From: Azolla caroliniana
Lineage: Eukaryota; Plantae; Polypodiophyta
NCBI GenBank assembly: GCA_043228905.1
Contig: JBHGNT010000021.1
Coordinates: forward strand, 10,974,001-11,038,000
Reading direction: 5' to 3'
DNA length: 64,000 nucleotides
Below are positions 1 to 12,247 of this stretch, one piece after another. The notes under the pieces were generated by a model, which made no database searches, was not told the DNA's origin, and was given only the letters and a program-made list of their open reading frames with translations. Made by a program: the position numbers and the translations under genes. How positions within the stretch are numbered: the first letter of the stretch is position 1; each line of letters begins with the position of its first letter.

Positions 1-179
1 CTTGATGTACGCTATCCACTTGAGCATTGCGAATCCGGCATCGCGCATTCGGAAACCATACCGAGAATCGGCAGGCAGTTCGTCTCAATTACCACCTTCG
101 TCCCGATCAGGTAGTCTTTGTTGGCCTTGACCGCCGAAATGATACCCCAGAGTTCACATTTAACCTAGGCGTACCCTCG

Positions 180-1166
180 CTATCGTTCACTAAGGACTTT
201 GGCGCCGAACCAGATGGGGAACCTCGTGCCATTCTCATCCTCCTGGTTGATCACCCATCCGATTCCGGTCGGACTCATGTCTACGGTCACGTAAATCGGA
301 ATGTCTTTACCATAGACCGCTTTCCGGAGTGCCGGCGCCGCAGCAAGTGCTTCTTTCATTTTCTGGACTGACTCCGTATGCTCCTCTCTCCACTCGAATT
401 TATGCCCTTTCTTCAGTAATCCATAGAGTGGCTCCGCGACGTGGGCATAATGCGGGATCCAGATATGGTAGAACGCGCATGCTCCCAAGAATCTTCGGAC
501 TTCCGTGACCGAATTGCGGTCATGCTTTATCGCGAAGATGGCCTCTACCTTGGCCGGTGACGGTTTCCGACCGAATGGCCCGCATAGGTGTCCGACGACC
601 ATGATCTCCGATTGCCCGAAGGCTGAATTTTCCCCGCAGAAGGTGAGCCGCGCACCCTCTAGTCTTTGCAGCACCTTCTTGCAGTCATCGACGTGGTCCG
701 CCACGAATTTTCGGCATCCGTCCGGTCCGATTGTCTCATCCTTATCCTCCACCGGGCATCCTTTGATCGGGATGTCGTCTAAAAATGGCATGGTGATGTC
801 CAGGATACAATCCCTTAGCACTTTGTTCATTGCGTTCACCATGTGGGCTACTGAGTTTGTCCCTCGCGGAACGGTACACATCCGTACTAGGCCGAGAGGA
901 GTTCGCATCGTCGTAATGTCCCTGCTCTCCACGGCTAGCTGGAACTGATCGTACCCCGAGTACAGATCACCGACCGAGTAAATTGACCTTCTGGGGAAGG
1001 CCTCCACGAACTCGTCTATGGTCGGTCCGATTCCTGCGTTTTGAATGGTCACCTTGTTGACCGGTTGCAGGTCCTGAATGAAGCGCAACGTGCCGTTCTT
1101 CTTGGGCACAGTAAACCACCGATTAGAATACGGGGCACTCGACGGTTCCAGGATGCCCATATCCAC
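180..1166 (-). pseudogene. gypsy RT and start of RNase H (A1)
   Basis: Motifs LRFIQDLQPVN, DLYSGYDQ, FLDDIPIKG, VRRFLG; interrupted by stops. Confidence 0.9.
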
Positions 1167-4100
1167 CTTCTATTTTAGCAGTTCTATCAGCTTCAGGATG
1201 TGGGCTCTGGGTATTGGAATCTGTTTGAGATTCCACGATACATGTGGTACCGTGAAAATCACCATCGATTCCACAATCGTTGGGTCTACGCACCCGATCT
1301 CCTCTGGCGAGAATGCGAAGGCCTTTCCGTGCCTCCCGAGCATTCTCCGAAACTGGTCCTCCTCCACCGGCAATAGAAAGCCACCCCCAGCTCTTGTAGC
1401 GTTATGTCGGTGAATCGGTGTCCTATGCCAACCGGATCTCGTAAACTTGGGTCTGACGCAACCCCTTTCATCCGTAACTCGCTGCCCTCCAGCAAGGGTG
1501 CCACGACTGGCCTCACCTTCCAGTCCACAGTCTTGTACTTCGTATCCACTTGGGCCGTCCGATCTGACTCGAGTCCTCTACCGAAGTTGGCGATGACTTC
1601 GTACATCTTTTGCGAACATACCGGAATCGTTCGATCTTCACTAAGGCCCTCTCTGAACATCTTCCGTAACTTCCCCAAGGTGTCGTCAAGAGAGTCCGCC
1701 TCCACAGCTCCGTTGATTTCCTCTTCGGGGGCGAGGACTTTGCATGCCCTAAGTCGCTCTTTTGCTAGCTTCTTCTCCCGGCCAACGACGCCGGCTATTG
1801 TACAACCTCCGCTGTCGGAGAACCAAAACTTCCTACCTATGTTACAGGTTCTTCTGCCTACTGTACATGTGTGGGGTTTTTCCGGAGTGTCCGGACTATC
1901 GCGTCCCCACGCCTTGATAGCCCTCTCTGAAAATCCCCTCGGCTTTTGCCGCCAAGGGTCTCGCGGTTACGCTCATGGTTCAATCATACCATCAGAAACT
2001 GAACGGAGTGATGCCCATCCTGGCTTTTGACTCGGGCATACTCCGAACCGTTGTCCATCACCTTCGTCTCCATGCGCGCCGCCGTGATGTACGGTTCTCC
2101 GAGTATCACCGGATGCGAGGACACCTCCTGCATGAAGAAGTGTTGATCGATCTCGACATCACCGACTTTCACTCGTACATTCGGGCAGGCTCCGTGTAGC
2201 TCCTCCGTGGCGCGCGTTGCTGCCCGTATCTTCCACCCGTGCTTGGTGTTGATTGGTCACTTTCCCTTCTTGTAGAAGTCCATGGACATCAAGTTGATCT
2301 CCGAACCGTGGTCTACCAACGCGACCACCGGCTCTTGGATGTCCCCGATCCTAACAAGGGTTTCTGTAGTGGCCCTAGCCCAATGTAGCCTCGAGTAGTG
2401 GCTTTCCACCAATTCGTCCTCCAGGGCCATGTCTTCTAGGTGCGTCGTTCGCACCTCCACCAGCTTCTCCGGCTCTGGCTCCGTCGAAAGGCTTTTCCGC
2501 TTTACCAAGTCTATGATGGAGTTCTGGAACTCCTTCTTTACTGTCGAGGATCCGTTCCTCCAGGACCTTTCGTAGTTCCATGGTCCTTTCGATCTTTGTG
2601 CACAACCGGTAACCGGCCTTCTTGGCTTTGTCCGGTGCGCCGGATGCACCAACATCATTCTACTTCGGCCCGAACCGGGTCTCATACCGTTGTGAGGGTC
2701 CAGCCCCCCCGGTCTTTCCTGCGCGCTTGTCTTCCACCAGAACCTCGTAGTTCTGGCACGCGGCTTCCATGAAGCCCGTCTTCTCTTCGACTGGGTCACT
2801 CCACCCAGTTACCTCCCGGACTTGTCTTTCCGCGCGGTCCGCTTCCTCTTTCGTTAGCCGTACACCGGCTAGGCCTTCTAGCATCAACCGCGCACTTGTC
2901 TTCCACCAGAACCTCGTAGTTCTGGCACGCGGCTTCCATGAAGCCCGTCTTCTCTTCGACCGGGTCACTCCACCCGGTTACCTCCCGGACCTGTCTTTCC
3001 GCGCAGTTCGCTTCCTCTTTCGTTAGCCGTACACCGGCTAGGCCTTCCAGCATCAACGGCCAGAACCCGGAGTCCTTCGTTTTCCGGACTTCATCACTCC
3101 CGACCCGGATTCCCGCCAACGCCGAGTAGTGGATGGTCTCTGTGTGGCGAGCCGCTGCTTCCTCCATTAGCCGTTTCATCCCCCCTCATCCGACGTTCAG
3201 ATCCAGGGCCCTTCGGGTTTCGCTAGCGTGTACGTGCCCCGCCTGTTCCACAGGTACACCACGTTGACCCTTATCGCTTCGGCGAAGTCCCCGCAATCCT
3301 TCCGGGCTTGGCGACTGCGTCGCAGCACAAGCACCGATGCCCAGCCAGAGGCCTTCGGTCACGGTCTTGTTCGTCATCGTCCCTCCATGCCTGTGCAATC
3401 TGGAGGTCCCTCACCATCAGAGTTAGCTCCTCCAAAGCCGCTCCTCCGGACGGGCCTTTGACCACGCTGGTCGAAGTCGAGCCGGTCTCGAGCCAGTCTT
3501 GGGTCTCCTCCCTTCGCACCGGTGGGGATACCTCGAGCTTCCTTACCGCAACAGAGCCCACCCCCGACGAGTCTTTATCGATCCACTCACACCGTTTGTC
3601 GAAACGGCCGCAAACTCTCTTCACTACGGCCCAGTTGGCCGTTAGCCCGTCATTGGTCTCCAGCAGGAGGCCCACTTGCTCCTGGTTCCTCACATCCACC
3701 GATTTAACAAATAATAGGACACTACTTGTGTCCAGTACGGTCCGGTCCAACGCCGAAAGATGTGCGAAGCGTTCTTCAAACTCCCGGAGGAGCACTGACA
3801 CATTTCTCCCCTTTTTGGGGGTCTCCACCCATTCCATGAAGCCCCGCTTCGATAGCGGAAACGCATCATCAAGCCCGTATTTCTCAAGAAGCCGACCTTC
3901 AAACTCTTCCCAGGTCCGGCTCTCAGCCCATACCTCGAGCACCTCCGCGTGGATGCCTGACATCGCCACCCGAGGGAATCCGGCTAGTTGCTTGTCTTCT
4001 GGAATGTCCCTCATCACCATTTTGGCTCGGTAGGACTCCAAGTAGCTCATGGTGTCCTTTCCACTGAACCGGCCTATCGTGCCGACGATTGGTTCAATAG

Positions 4101-4233
4101 CCCTATCGAGGGCGCCTTGCCTTCACGTGCACTCACTAATCGATCTACAGCTAAAGCCATGGTTTCTGCAAAGCTCCATTCCCTTCATCTTTTTTATTCC
4201 TCTGCCGCTTGTTCACATCGGGTTCACCAAATA

Positions 4234-4909
4234 TGTCTCGTCGCTACACGCGTGCGTATAGAATGAGGCGGGACCACGAGGGTCTTGGACCGGGGAATAA
4301 CCGATCAAGAGTAGAAGCACGAAAGACAATGGTCGTGCTTCCACACATACACACATAGATACACAGAAACCGCAACCGAATGAAACAACGGAAACGAGAC
4401 GAATGCGTATATGTATATATATATATTCTGATGAAAAAGGGGTTACAACCAACAGGCCGGTGAGCGACAAATCTCCTACACCTACGCACACACACACAGA
4501 AGAGCGAGATGGACACTCTGCCGGAAGCACTCGGGCGTTCCATAGAGCAGAGTCAGCCTCCCGAAAACCTGCACAGAGAAAAATACAAAGAAGACGGAGA
4601 AGAGCTCGGTCCCAGTCCCACAACACTTCGTCCTCGACTCAAGCGATCCCTTTTTATGATTCCTCTCCCTCTCTTTTATAGCCCAAGGAGGGAGGCCTTT
4701 ACAACTTGTTACATCATCTTTATTCTCTATCCTTTCGGACAGAGATATGCCTCGGTTTCCTACCTATCAAATCCGTGCGACCTAGGATATTCACATCATC
4801 TGACTTGTACCTAAATATGTACATTACAACAAAACTTGTGCCTGCGTGTAAGGGCTGTTTCGCACATATCATTCTCCGATTCCGCCTAGGGACGGTTTTC
4901 TCCACGACA
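4234..4909 (-). repeat. 5' LTR of A1 (676 bp)
   Basis: On the minus strand it starts TGTCGTGGAGAAAACC, like the other family A LTRs, ends GAGACA, and is followed by PBS TGGTGAACCCGATGTGA. Confidence 0.85.
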
Positions 4910-7900
4910 ATGTGAATCCGGATGTGGATCGGCGATCGCTGGCGTTTCCGGCCCAATCAGCATCGATGTAGCCGAATAATTGTGGTCCGATTTAGTAACC
5001 CTCGGTCCTTAGTGCCACTGACGTACCGGAGTACGCGTTGTGCGCACTGAAGGTGCTCCTCGGTTGGCCGCACCATGAACTGACTAATCACACCGACCGG
5101 GTAATTGACATCTAGTCGAGTGATAGTCGAGTATATGAGGCTTTCAACAATTTATTGGAACCTCTTCGAGTCACAAACCTTTCCGGAGTCAGGGCGAAGC
5201 TTGACGGTTCTATCCAGAGGAGTCGAAACAAACTTACAATATGCCATCCCGAACTTGAAGAGCATACACAACACGTAATGTCATTGGCTGATTAGTATGC
5301 CTTCGGGGGTATGGATCACTTTGATCCTGAGGAAGTAATGAAGGTCCCCCAGGTCCTTCATGTCAAATGATGCCACGAGCTAAAGTTTTATGCAGTCTAT
5401 TTCACCGAGGTCGGCGTCGGTGATGACCAAGTCATCAACATAAAGTAAAATACTAACCGGCTCGAGTCGACCTTTCTGAATGAACAGTGAAGAGTTCGAT
5501 TTGGATGTTGCAAATCCCATCCGACGCAATCGCTGCGTGATTTTCACATTCCAAGCACGCAGGGCCTGCTTTAGTCCGTAAAGGGACTTCTTCAACCGGC
5601 AAACCGCCGAGGTGTTCATTCCGGAGTGAAATCCGGGGGGTTGTACCATGTATACCTATTCCTCAAGCTCGCCTTGCAAGGACACATTCTTGACATCCAT
5701 CTAATGTAAATGCCACCCTTCACCACAACTACTACAAGCAAAACACGGACGGTCGTCATCTTTGCGACCGGCGCAAACGTCTCATCGTAGTCAATGCCAT
5801 GTTGTTGCGCGTAGCCTTTCGCTACTAACTGGGCCTTGTATCGGTTGTCCGAGCCGTCGGTGTTGTACTTGACCTTGTACACCCACCTACATCCCGTCAG
5901 CTTCACACCCTTCGGTGCGTCAACTAGGTCCCAGGTTTCATTCTCCACCAATGCGCCATCTCTTCCTCCATTGTGGCACGCCAATTTGCGTCCTTCGCCG
6001 CTTCTGCGTAGCTCTCCAGCTCACGCACTTCCGCTACACACGTCTTGTACACATAGTGATGCGCGATGTACTCGTTGTATCCGAACTGCACAACAGGGTT
6101 CTTTTGGTGGGTAGATCGGCGTAATTCCTCATTAGCCGATGTTGAGGCTTTCTTGGCCGACGCGAACTTCACTCTTGAAGGTCCGTCATCGCTCTTCTCG
6201 GAGTCGGATTCATGTCGATCCGACTCACCCTTATCCATGTCGTACTCCGACATCTTCTTCTTCCCTTTTTCCTTGCGCATAAACTGTCTCCTCAGCTTCC
6301 TGCGTGGGGAATGCATGACTGAGTCTCCACTACTCGCCGGCTCTTCTTCAGACTGGTCAAACCGACCCAGTCATTCGTTCAGTCCACTTAGCCGAAATGA
6401 AATCAGACTCTCATGGAGGGTCTTGATTTCGCGGTCATCCGGAGTCATTTCAGCCTCGCTGACCTCATCGTCAGAACTCAGGTCCAGAGGTCTGGAGTTG
6501 GAGTTGAGGTCTGGAGTCGAAGGCGTACCAGGACGCAAACTTGTCAAATACAACATCGCGGCTCACACGTGCTTGTTTGGTTTGGGGGTTATAACACTTA
6601 TAACCCTTCTGTTCGTCTGAATAACCAACCAAGATACACTTCTCGGCTTTCACGTCCAACTTCCTTCGTTTCTCCTTCGGCACATGCACATACGCAATGC
6701 TACCAAAAACTCTCAAGTGTCGTAGATTCGGCGTCCTTCCAAAATACAGCTCATGCACAGACACCTTGTCTCCGATCCAATTCTAGATGTAGACCGCAGT
6801 TCATACCGCTTCGGCCCAATAGAACTTGGGCAAGCTCTTTTCTTCTAGCATTGCCTGTGCCGCTTCCACAACCGACCGATTTTTCCTTTCGGCTACATCG
6901 TTTTATTCCGGCGTATACCTACAACTGAATTCGCGCCAAATTCCCATTTGTTGCAGATAACTATTGAATTGGCCGGAAAAGTACTCTTTTTCGCCATCCG
7001 ACCGCAGCCACATGATCTTTCTCCATGTTTCCCTTTCTATGAAGCTTTTGAGGTCCCGGAAACAGTCAAAGACTTCACTCTTCTTTTCAATGAGATAGAT
7101 CCACGTGTCCCACATGTAGTCGTTGATGAAGGAGACAAAATATCAACTCCCGCCAAGACTAACGTTCTATGCCGGCCCCCATACATCCGAATGTATCAAG
7201 TCAAGCTTGTTCTGGCTCCGATTATGCTCATTGGGGAAAGGAAGTCGGTGTTGCTTCCCTAGCTGGCAGGCTTCACAAATTTGGGCCTTCCGGCCACTAA
7301 ATTTGGGCAATCCGAACACAACTTGTTTCGATTGAAAGTTTTGAAGCCTTTGATAGTTGACATGGCCTATCCACTTGTGCTACAACTCGATATCCGACTC
7401 GACTTTTTGTCCTTTTGCGAACATTGCGGTGCCAACGTCATTGGTGTCGAGGATAAACATCCTCTCGTCTTTGCGCCCTTGCACAATAACTTGGCCTTCC
7501 TCCTCGATGAAGCACCCGAGATGCGTGAACCGGACTTGCATCCCCTAGTCGACGTTCTGCCCGACCGACCCCAGATTCTTCGTGATTGTCGGGACGTGTA
7601 ACACGTTCATGAGTTTCCCTTTTTTCCTAACATGGCTCAAGGGAACTTCACCGACATTCTCGATCAGATGCGGAGTGTCATCTCCTGTTGCGACTACTCC
7701 CGGTTGCATCGGTTTCTCAAGGTATGAGAACCACTCCTTATGGCTTGTCATGTGGTTTGACACGCCGGAGTCAACGTACCACACCTCGTCCGATTTCGGG
7801 TTGGTCTTCTTCATCGAGTTTGCTTCGTGTCTCGTCACGAAGGCTGCCCCCTTTCCGACTTTTTCGGATCCTTCGACGTAGTGCGATCACTGCCGATTTC

Positions 7901-8918
7901 CTTTGTTGGTTTGTTCGGATCCGGTTTTCTTCGAATCGGCACGCTTCTTCCAGCACTCCCTGTCCTTGTGGCCTTTCTTGGCACAGTACTAGCATTCCGT
8001 GGTGGATTTCCCTTGCCGGTTCTCGTCACCTCGATTCCCCCTGTTTCCGGAGGGTTCGGAATTGCTGTCGGCATCACTTCGGTGCCTTCTTCCTTGATCC
8101 CATCGGCCGCCTCCATTGTGCACCGACTCGCCTCGTCTACCACAACCACGGGGCCTATCTCCCTCCATGTATAGCATCTTGCTATCGGCATGCATACTCG
8201 TCGACGCACCCCCATGGTTCTCCTCTATAAGGAGCATCTACTGTAGGTCGAAAAACGACGGCGTATTCTCCTGTGTGCACACAAAAGTTCAGAATGCTTT
8301 GAACTTCGATGCCAGTCCCCTAAGACAGATCTGCACCATTTCGCCTTCCTCAACATTCACATCGATGGAGGCTAAGAAGTTGCATATATCTTTGATCTTC
8401 GAGGTGTAATCAGCCACCAACAAATTGCGTTGTCATAAGTTGCTCAACAGTTGTCGGAGTTGGAGTTTTCTAGTTGTGGTGCTTGCGGGGAAAATCTTTT
8501 TCAGATTTCCCCAAGCATCCTTTGGCGTTTTCGCGTCCCGAATATAGCTCAGAAGCTGTTCGCCCACACAAGACACGAAGCAGTAGAGAACTTTGCTCGC
8601 CAACTGTTCCCAAGCCGAGAAGTCTCTGTGTGTCGAAGTAGGTGTTGTGTCATTTGCTCCGTCAACATAGCTCCAATATCCATGCTTGAGCACGTATTGG
8701 TGCATCTTGTACGACCAAGACGCGTAGTTGTTTCTGTCGAGCTTCTCGGTCGGAAGCAAGCTAGCCATGCCTTTATCCATTCTGTTTTTCTTGTTCTTTG
8801 CGAAGGTTAGGTTTTTCGATACCAAGTAAAAAGAACAACGTGCGGAAGCAACAGAAAACCGAACGTAGGAAAAAAACATAGGTTTAATGGAAAGGTTGGA
8901 CACACACAGTATGCGGGA

Positions 8919-8965
<47 letters not shown>

Positions 8966-9249
8966 CACACACTACATAGGATGTGCTTAGTGAACACTTT
9001 TATACGAGTCCATACGGACTGATAGAAGTACTGACACGTACTTCAATGCTCATAAATGAGCTCTACACTAACTCCCAAAATATATTGCTACGCGGAATAT
9101 CTTTCCAACGGCCTCACAATTTATGCACCGCTACGGCTTCTTGTTGCGCACCGGTTTATGCACCGGTCCGGCCTAACCGATCGGTCCCAACCGATCCAGT
9201 TCTCGGCTTGCATAGCCGATTCGGCCAATGTTGAGCTTGTATTTCAACA
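4910..9249 (-). mobile_element. Ty1/copia retrotransposon C1 (degenerate; interrupted by A1 in the RNase H region)
   Basis: gag KLDRNNYASWSYKM (8433-8782), protease WYVDSG, integrase LRSDG, RT LYGLKQ/LYVDD, RNase H DADWAG at about 4950. Confidence 0.9.
8825..9249 (-). repeat. 5' LTR of C1, with a (GATA)/(GA)n microsatellite
   Basis: Starts TGTTGAAATAC on minus; homologous to the LTR at 44494-52066; followed by a partial iMet PBS, TGGTATC. Confidence 0.75.
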
Positions 9250-10549
9250 GTAAGCAGCATCTCGTTCCATTCGGTGTTCATTACCATTTTCGCACACATT
9301 TTTCTATATGGTCTCTTCGAGTTGCTTAATTCTACTTGAAGTGCACCCTGATTGTACGGCGTAGTGGTCTTGGATTAGGCCCATGTTCTTCTGCCAGATT
9401 TTTAATTCTTTGTCGTGTAACTCTTCCATACATGCCATATCTTTCTGCATGTGGACTTGTATTTCCTCTGCCAATTGTCTTTCAGCCATCATTTGCTCCT
9501 CCTACCACTCCTTTTGCTTTTTGGTGTCCTCCCGCTAGTTCTGGATCGTCTCTTCCGCTCGTACTACTGCTTGTGTCTATTCTTCGAGGGCGACGATAGC
9601 CTACATGTAAGCTGTAACCAACTTGTCTAGCTTATCTTGAAGTGCCTTTAGGCTTTTTCGAGCAGTGGCCTAAATGCTGGTTTCTCTATCCGATGATTGA
9701 TGGAGTTCTGCTCACAACCGATTGTTCTCCGTGAAAGGGTTTCGTGAAATAGGTAAAAAATATTGCTTCTCATTGCCGATCGTTTCTTCTCATCCGTCTA
9801 CATCTGTGGTGGTAGCAACCCCGTGGTAAGAAAACATATCATGTTCGTAAGCCACTCGTCACCTAGTGAGACCCCCTCTATTTTGACTTCCGTTGCCGAA
9901 ATTCATAACACATGTCTGTCTGGGAAGTCGTCATAGATGCCTTCAATTGCTTCTCCGGACTCATGTCAACTTAAATAATTGGTGATGGTGTGTTGAGCTC
10001 CGGATCTATGTTGGATGTGGAATTCGAATTCTTGGAGTAGTAGCATCCACCTCGCTAATTTGCCCATTAATGATCGCTTGGAGATTAGGTATAGCAGGGC
10101 CGCATGGTCCACATGAAAAACAAATTTCCGGCCAAGAAGGTAGTGTTGAAGCTTATTTATACTATAAATCATACCTAGGGCCTCTTGTTTGGTCATCGAA
10201 TAGTTATGCTCGGCGGTCGAGAGCTTTCGATTTGTATAATAGACCGGTTGATACCAATTTGACTTGGTCAACTGCATTGAAGCACTGTCGATGGCAGTGT
10301 TGTACACATAAACAAAGAGGTGGGATGATCGCATCCAGTCTGGAGGCTGGATGACTAGTGCCTAGGACAACATTATTTTCAAGGCTTGATATGACAGTTC
10401 CTCAATTTCCATCCATTTGAATGGAGTCTAATGCACCACCACATGTAAAGGCCTGGCAAAATCGGTTAGGTATCACAACATCCGATTGTGCCATTAGATC
10501 TGTCCTAGAAATCAACTAAGAGCCTTCGCATTTTTTGGTGTTGGGGCGT

Positions 10550-12247
10550 TGTCGCGAAAATACAACGAGGATATGTGAACTTGAGGCAGGACCCCGGGGC
10601 CTCCCACTAGAGAATATCACATTCGTGCTTTTATATTTTTAATAATTAACGGAAAGAAGAGATTTAATAATTTTTCATTAGCAAAGGAAAAGAAATTACA
10701 ATATGTCCCAAGATTGGGATTCAGAAGTTTAGGTTTACTAAGTTTAATAGAAAAGCAGAATTAGGGGTTTTGAGAGATATGGCTTCTGTAGGGAAAATGA
10801 GCATTAGGTTATACGAGAGATATGGCTTCCGTAGGGAAAATTAGGGTTTTTGAGTGTTATGGCTTCGATAAGATAAGAGAGCTAAGAAGGAAAAGAAAAT
10901 AAAAATATGGAGAGAGGATGAGTGTAGGAAAAAAAATGGAATTTTATATGGAGTTCTCCGTTGATCATCGCCTTCAATGTTACTTTGCATGTCCACTTTT
11001 AGTTGCATGGCCTCTACTTTTAGTTGCATCTATTTTTAGTTGCATGGCTTTTTCTTTTAGTTGCATGCGACCATCCACATGACCATTACTTTAGTTTTCT
11101 TTACTTTACTTTAATTAGCCACATGATCCTGTTATCCGTCCGGTTTGCTTCCAGCCTCGTCCGCTCGCCAGTTACGTCCGCTCGCCGATTGTCGCCGCCT
11201 CACCGGCTCCGCAGTCGGTTCCGGTTTGCTTACTGGCCGGTTTTCGGTTTTGCTTACCGACCAGTTTCGGTTTTGCTTACCGGCCGGTTTCAGAAAGCAA
11301 TCTGGAACCGGAACCAGCCGGTAAGCAATTCGGAACCGGCTGTAAAGCAAACCAGAACCGGGCGGAAAGCAATCCGGAACCGGGCGGAAAGCAATCCAGA
11401 ACCGGCCGGAAAGCAAACCGGAACTGGCCGGAAAGCAATCCAGAACCGGCCGGTAAGCAATCTGGAACCGGGTGAAAAGTAAACCGGAACCGGCCGGTAA
11501 GCAATCCGGAACCGGTCAGTAAGCAATCTGGAACCGACCGGTAAGCAAATCGGAACCGGCGAAATCGGCAATTGGATGGTGTCGGAAACCGGGCGGATCC
11601 GACAACCGGCGACGATCGAGATGAACAGATGATAGGATAATGTGGCTAATTAAAGTGAAGTGAAGAAAACTAAAGTAAAGGTCGTGTGGATGGTCACATG
11701 CAACTAAAAGAAAAAGCTATGCAACTAAAAGAAAAAGTTATGCAACTAAAAGTAGAGGCCATGCAACTAAAAGTGGACATGCATATGATCAACGGGGAAC
11801 TCCATATAAATTCCATTTTTTTTACACTCATCCTCTCTCTCTCCATATTTTTTATTTTATTTTCCTTCTTAGCTCTCTTGTCTTATCGAAGCCATAACAC
11901 TCAAAAACCCTAATTTTCCCTACGGAAGCCATATCTCTCGTATAACCTAATGCTCATTTTCCCTACGGAAGGCATATCTCTCGTATAACCTAATCTTAAT
12001 TTTCCCTACGGAAGCCATATCTCTCAAAACCCCTAATTTTGCTTTTCTATTAAACTTAGTAAACCTAAACTTCTGAATCCCAATCTTGGGACATATTGTA
12101 ATTTCTTTTCCTTTGCTAATGAAAAATTATTAAATCTCTTCTTTCCGTTAATTGTTAAAAATATAAAAGCACGAATGTGATATTCTCTGGTGGGAGGCCC
12201 CAGGGCCCTGCCTCAAGTTCATGTATCCTCGTCGTATTTTCGCGACA
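10550..12247. mobile_element. Non-coding foldback element with about 600-bp terminal inverted repeats and 4-bp TSD GCGT
   Basis: Ends TGTCGCGAAAATAC...GTATTTTCGCGACA; arms about 10550-11130 and 11635-12247 are reverse complements; GCGT at 10546-10549 and 12248-12251. Confidence 0.92.
11210..11560. repeat. Central array of about 22-bp units (AAGCAATCCGGAACCGGCCGGT) inside the foldback
   Basis: About 15 degenerate units, with an orientation switch near 11285. Confidence 0.85.

Larger units (their letters stand above)
1..4909 (-). mobile_element. Ty3/gypsy LTR retrotransposon, tRNA-Trp-primed family A, copy A1 (degenerate; 3' part outside window)
   Basis: gag (3271-4050), protease DHGSEINLM (about 2260-2330), RT/RNase H with DLYSGYDQ and FLDD (180-1166). 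5' LTR and PBS at the right end; several stops and frameshifts. Confidence 0.93.

Noticed and set aside
10760-10850. TTAGGGTTTT telomere-like motifs in the foldback arms
   Set aside because: Isolated motifs within about 41-bp subrepeats, not a TTTAGGG array.
11210-11560. Regularly spaced palindromic repeats resembling a CRISPR array
   Set aside because: No unique spacers and no cas genes, in a eukaryotic context; it is a tandem array in a foldback element.
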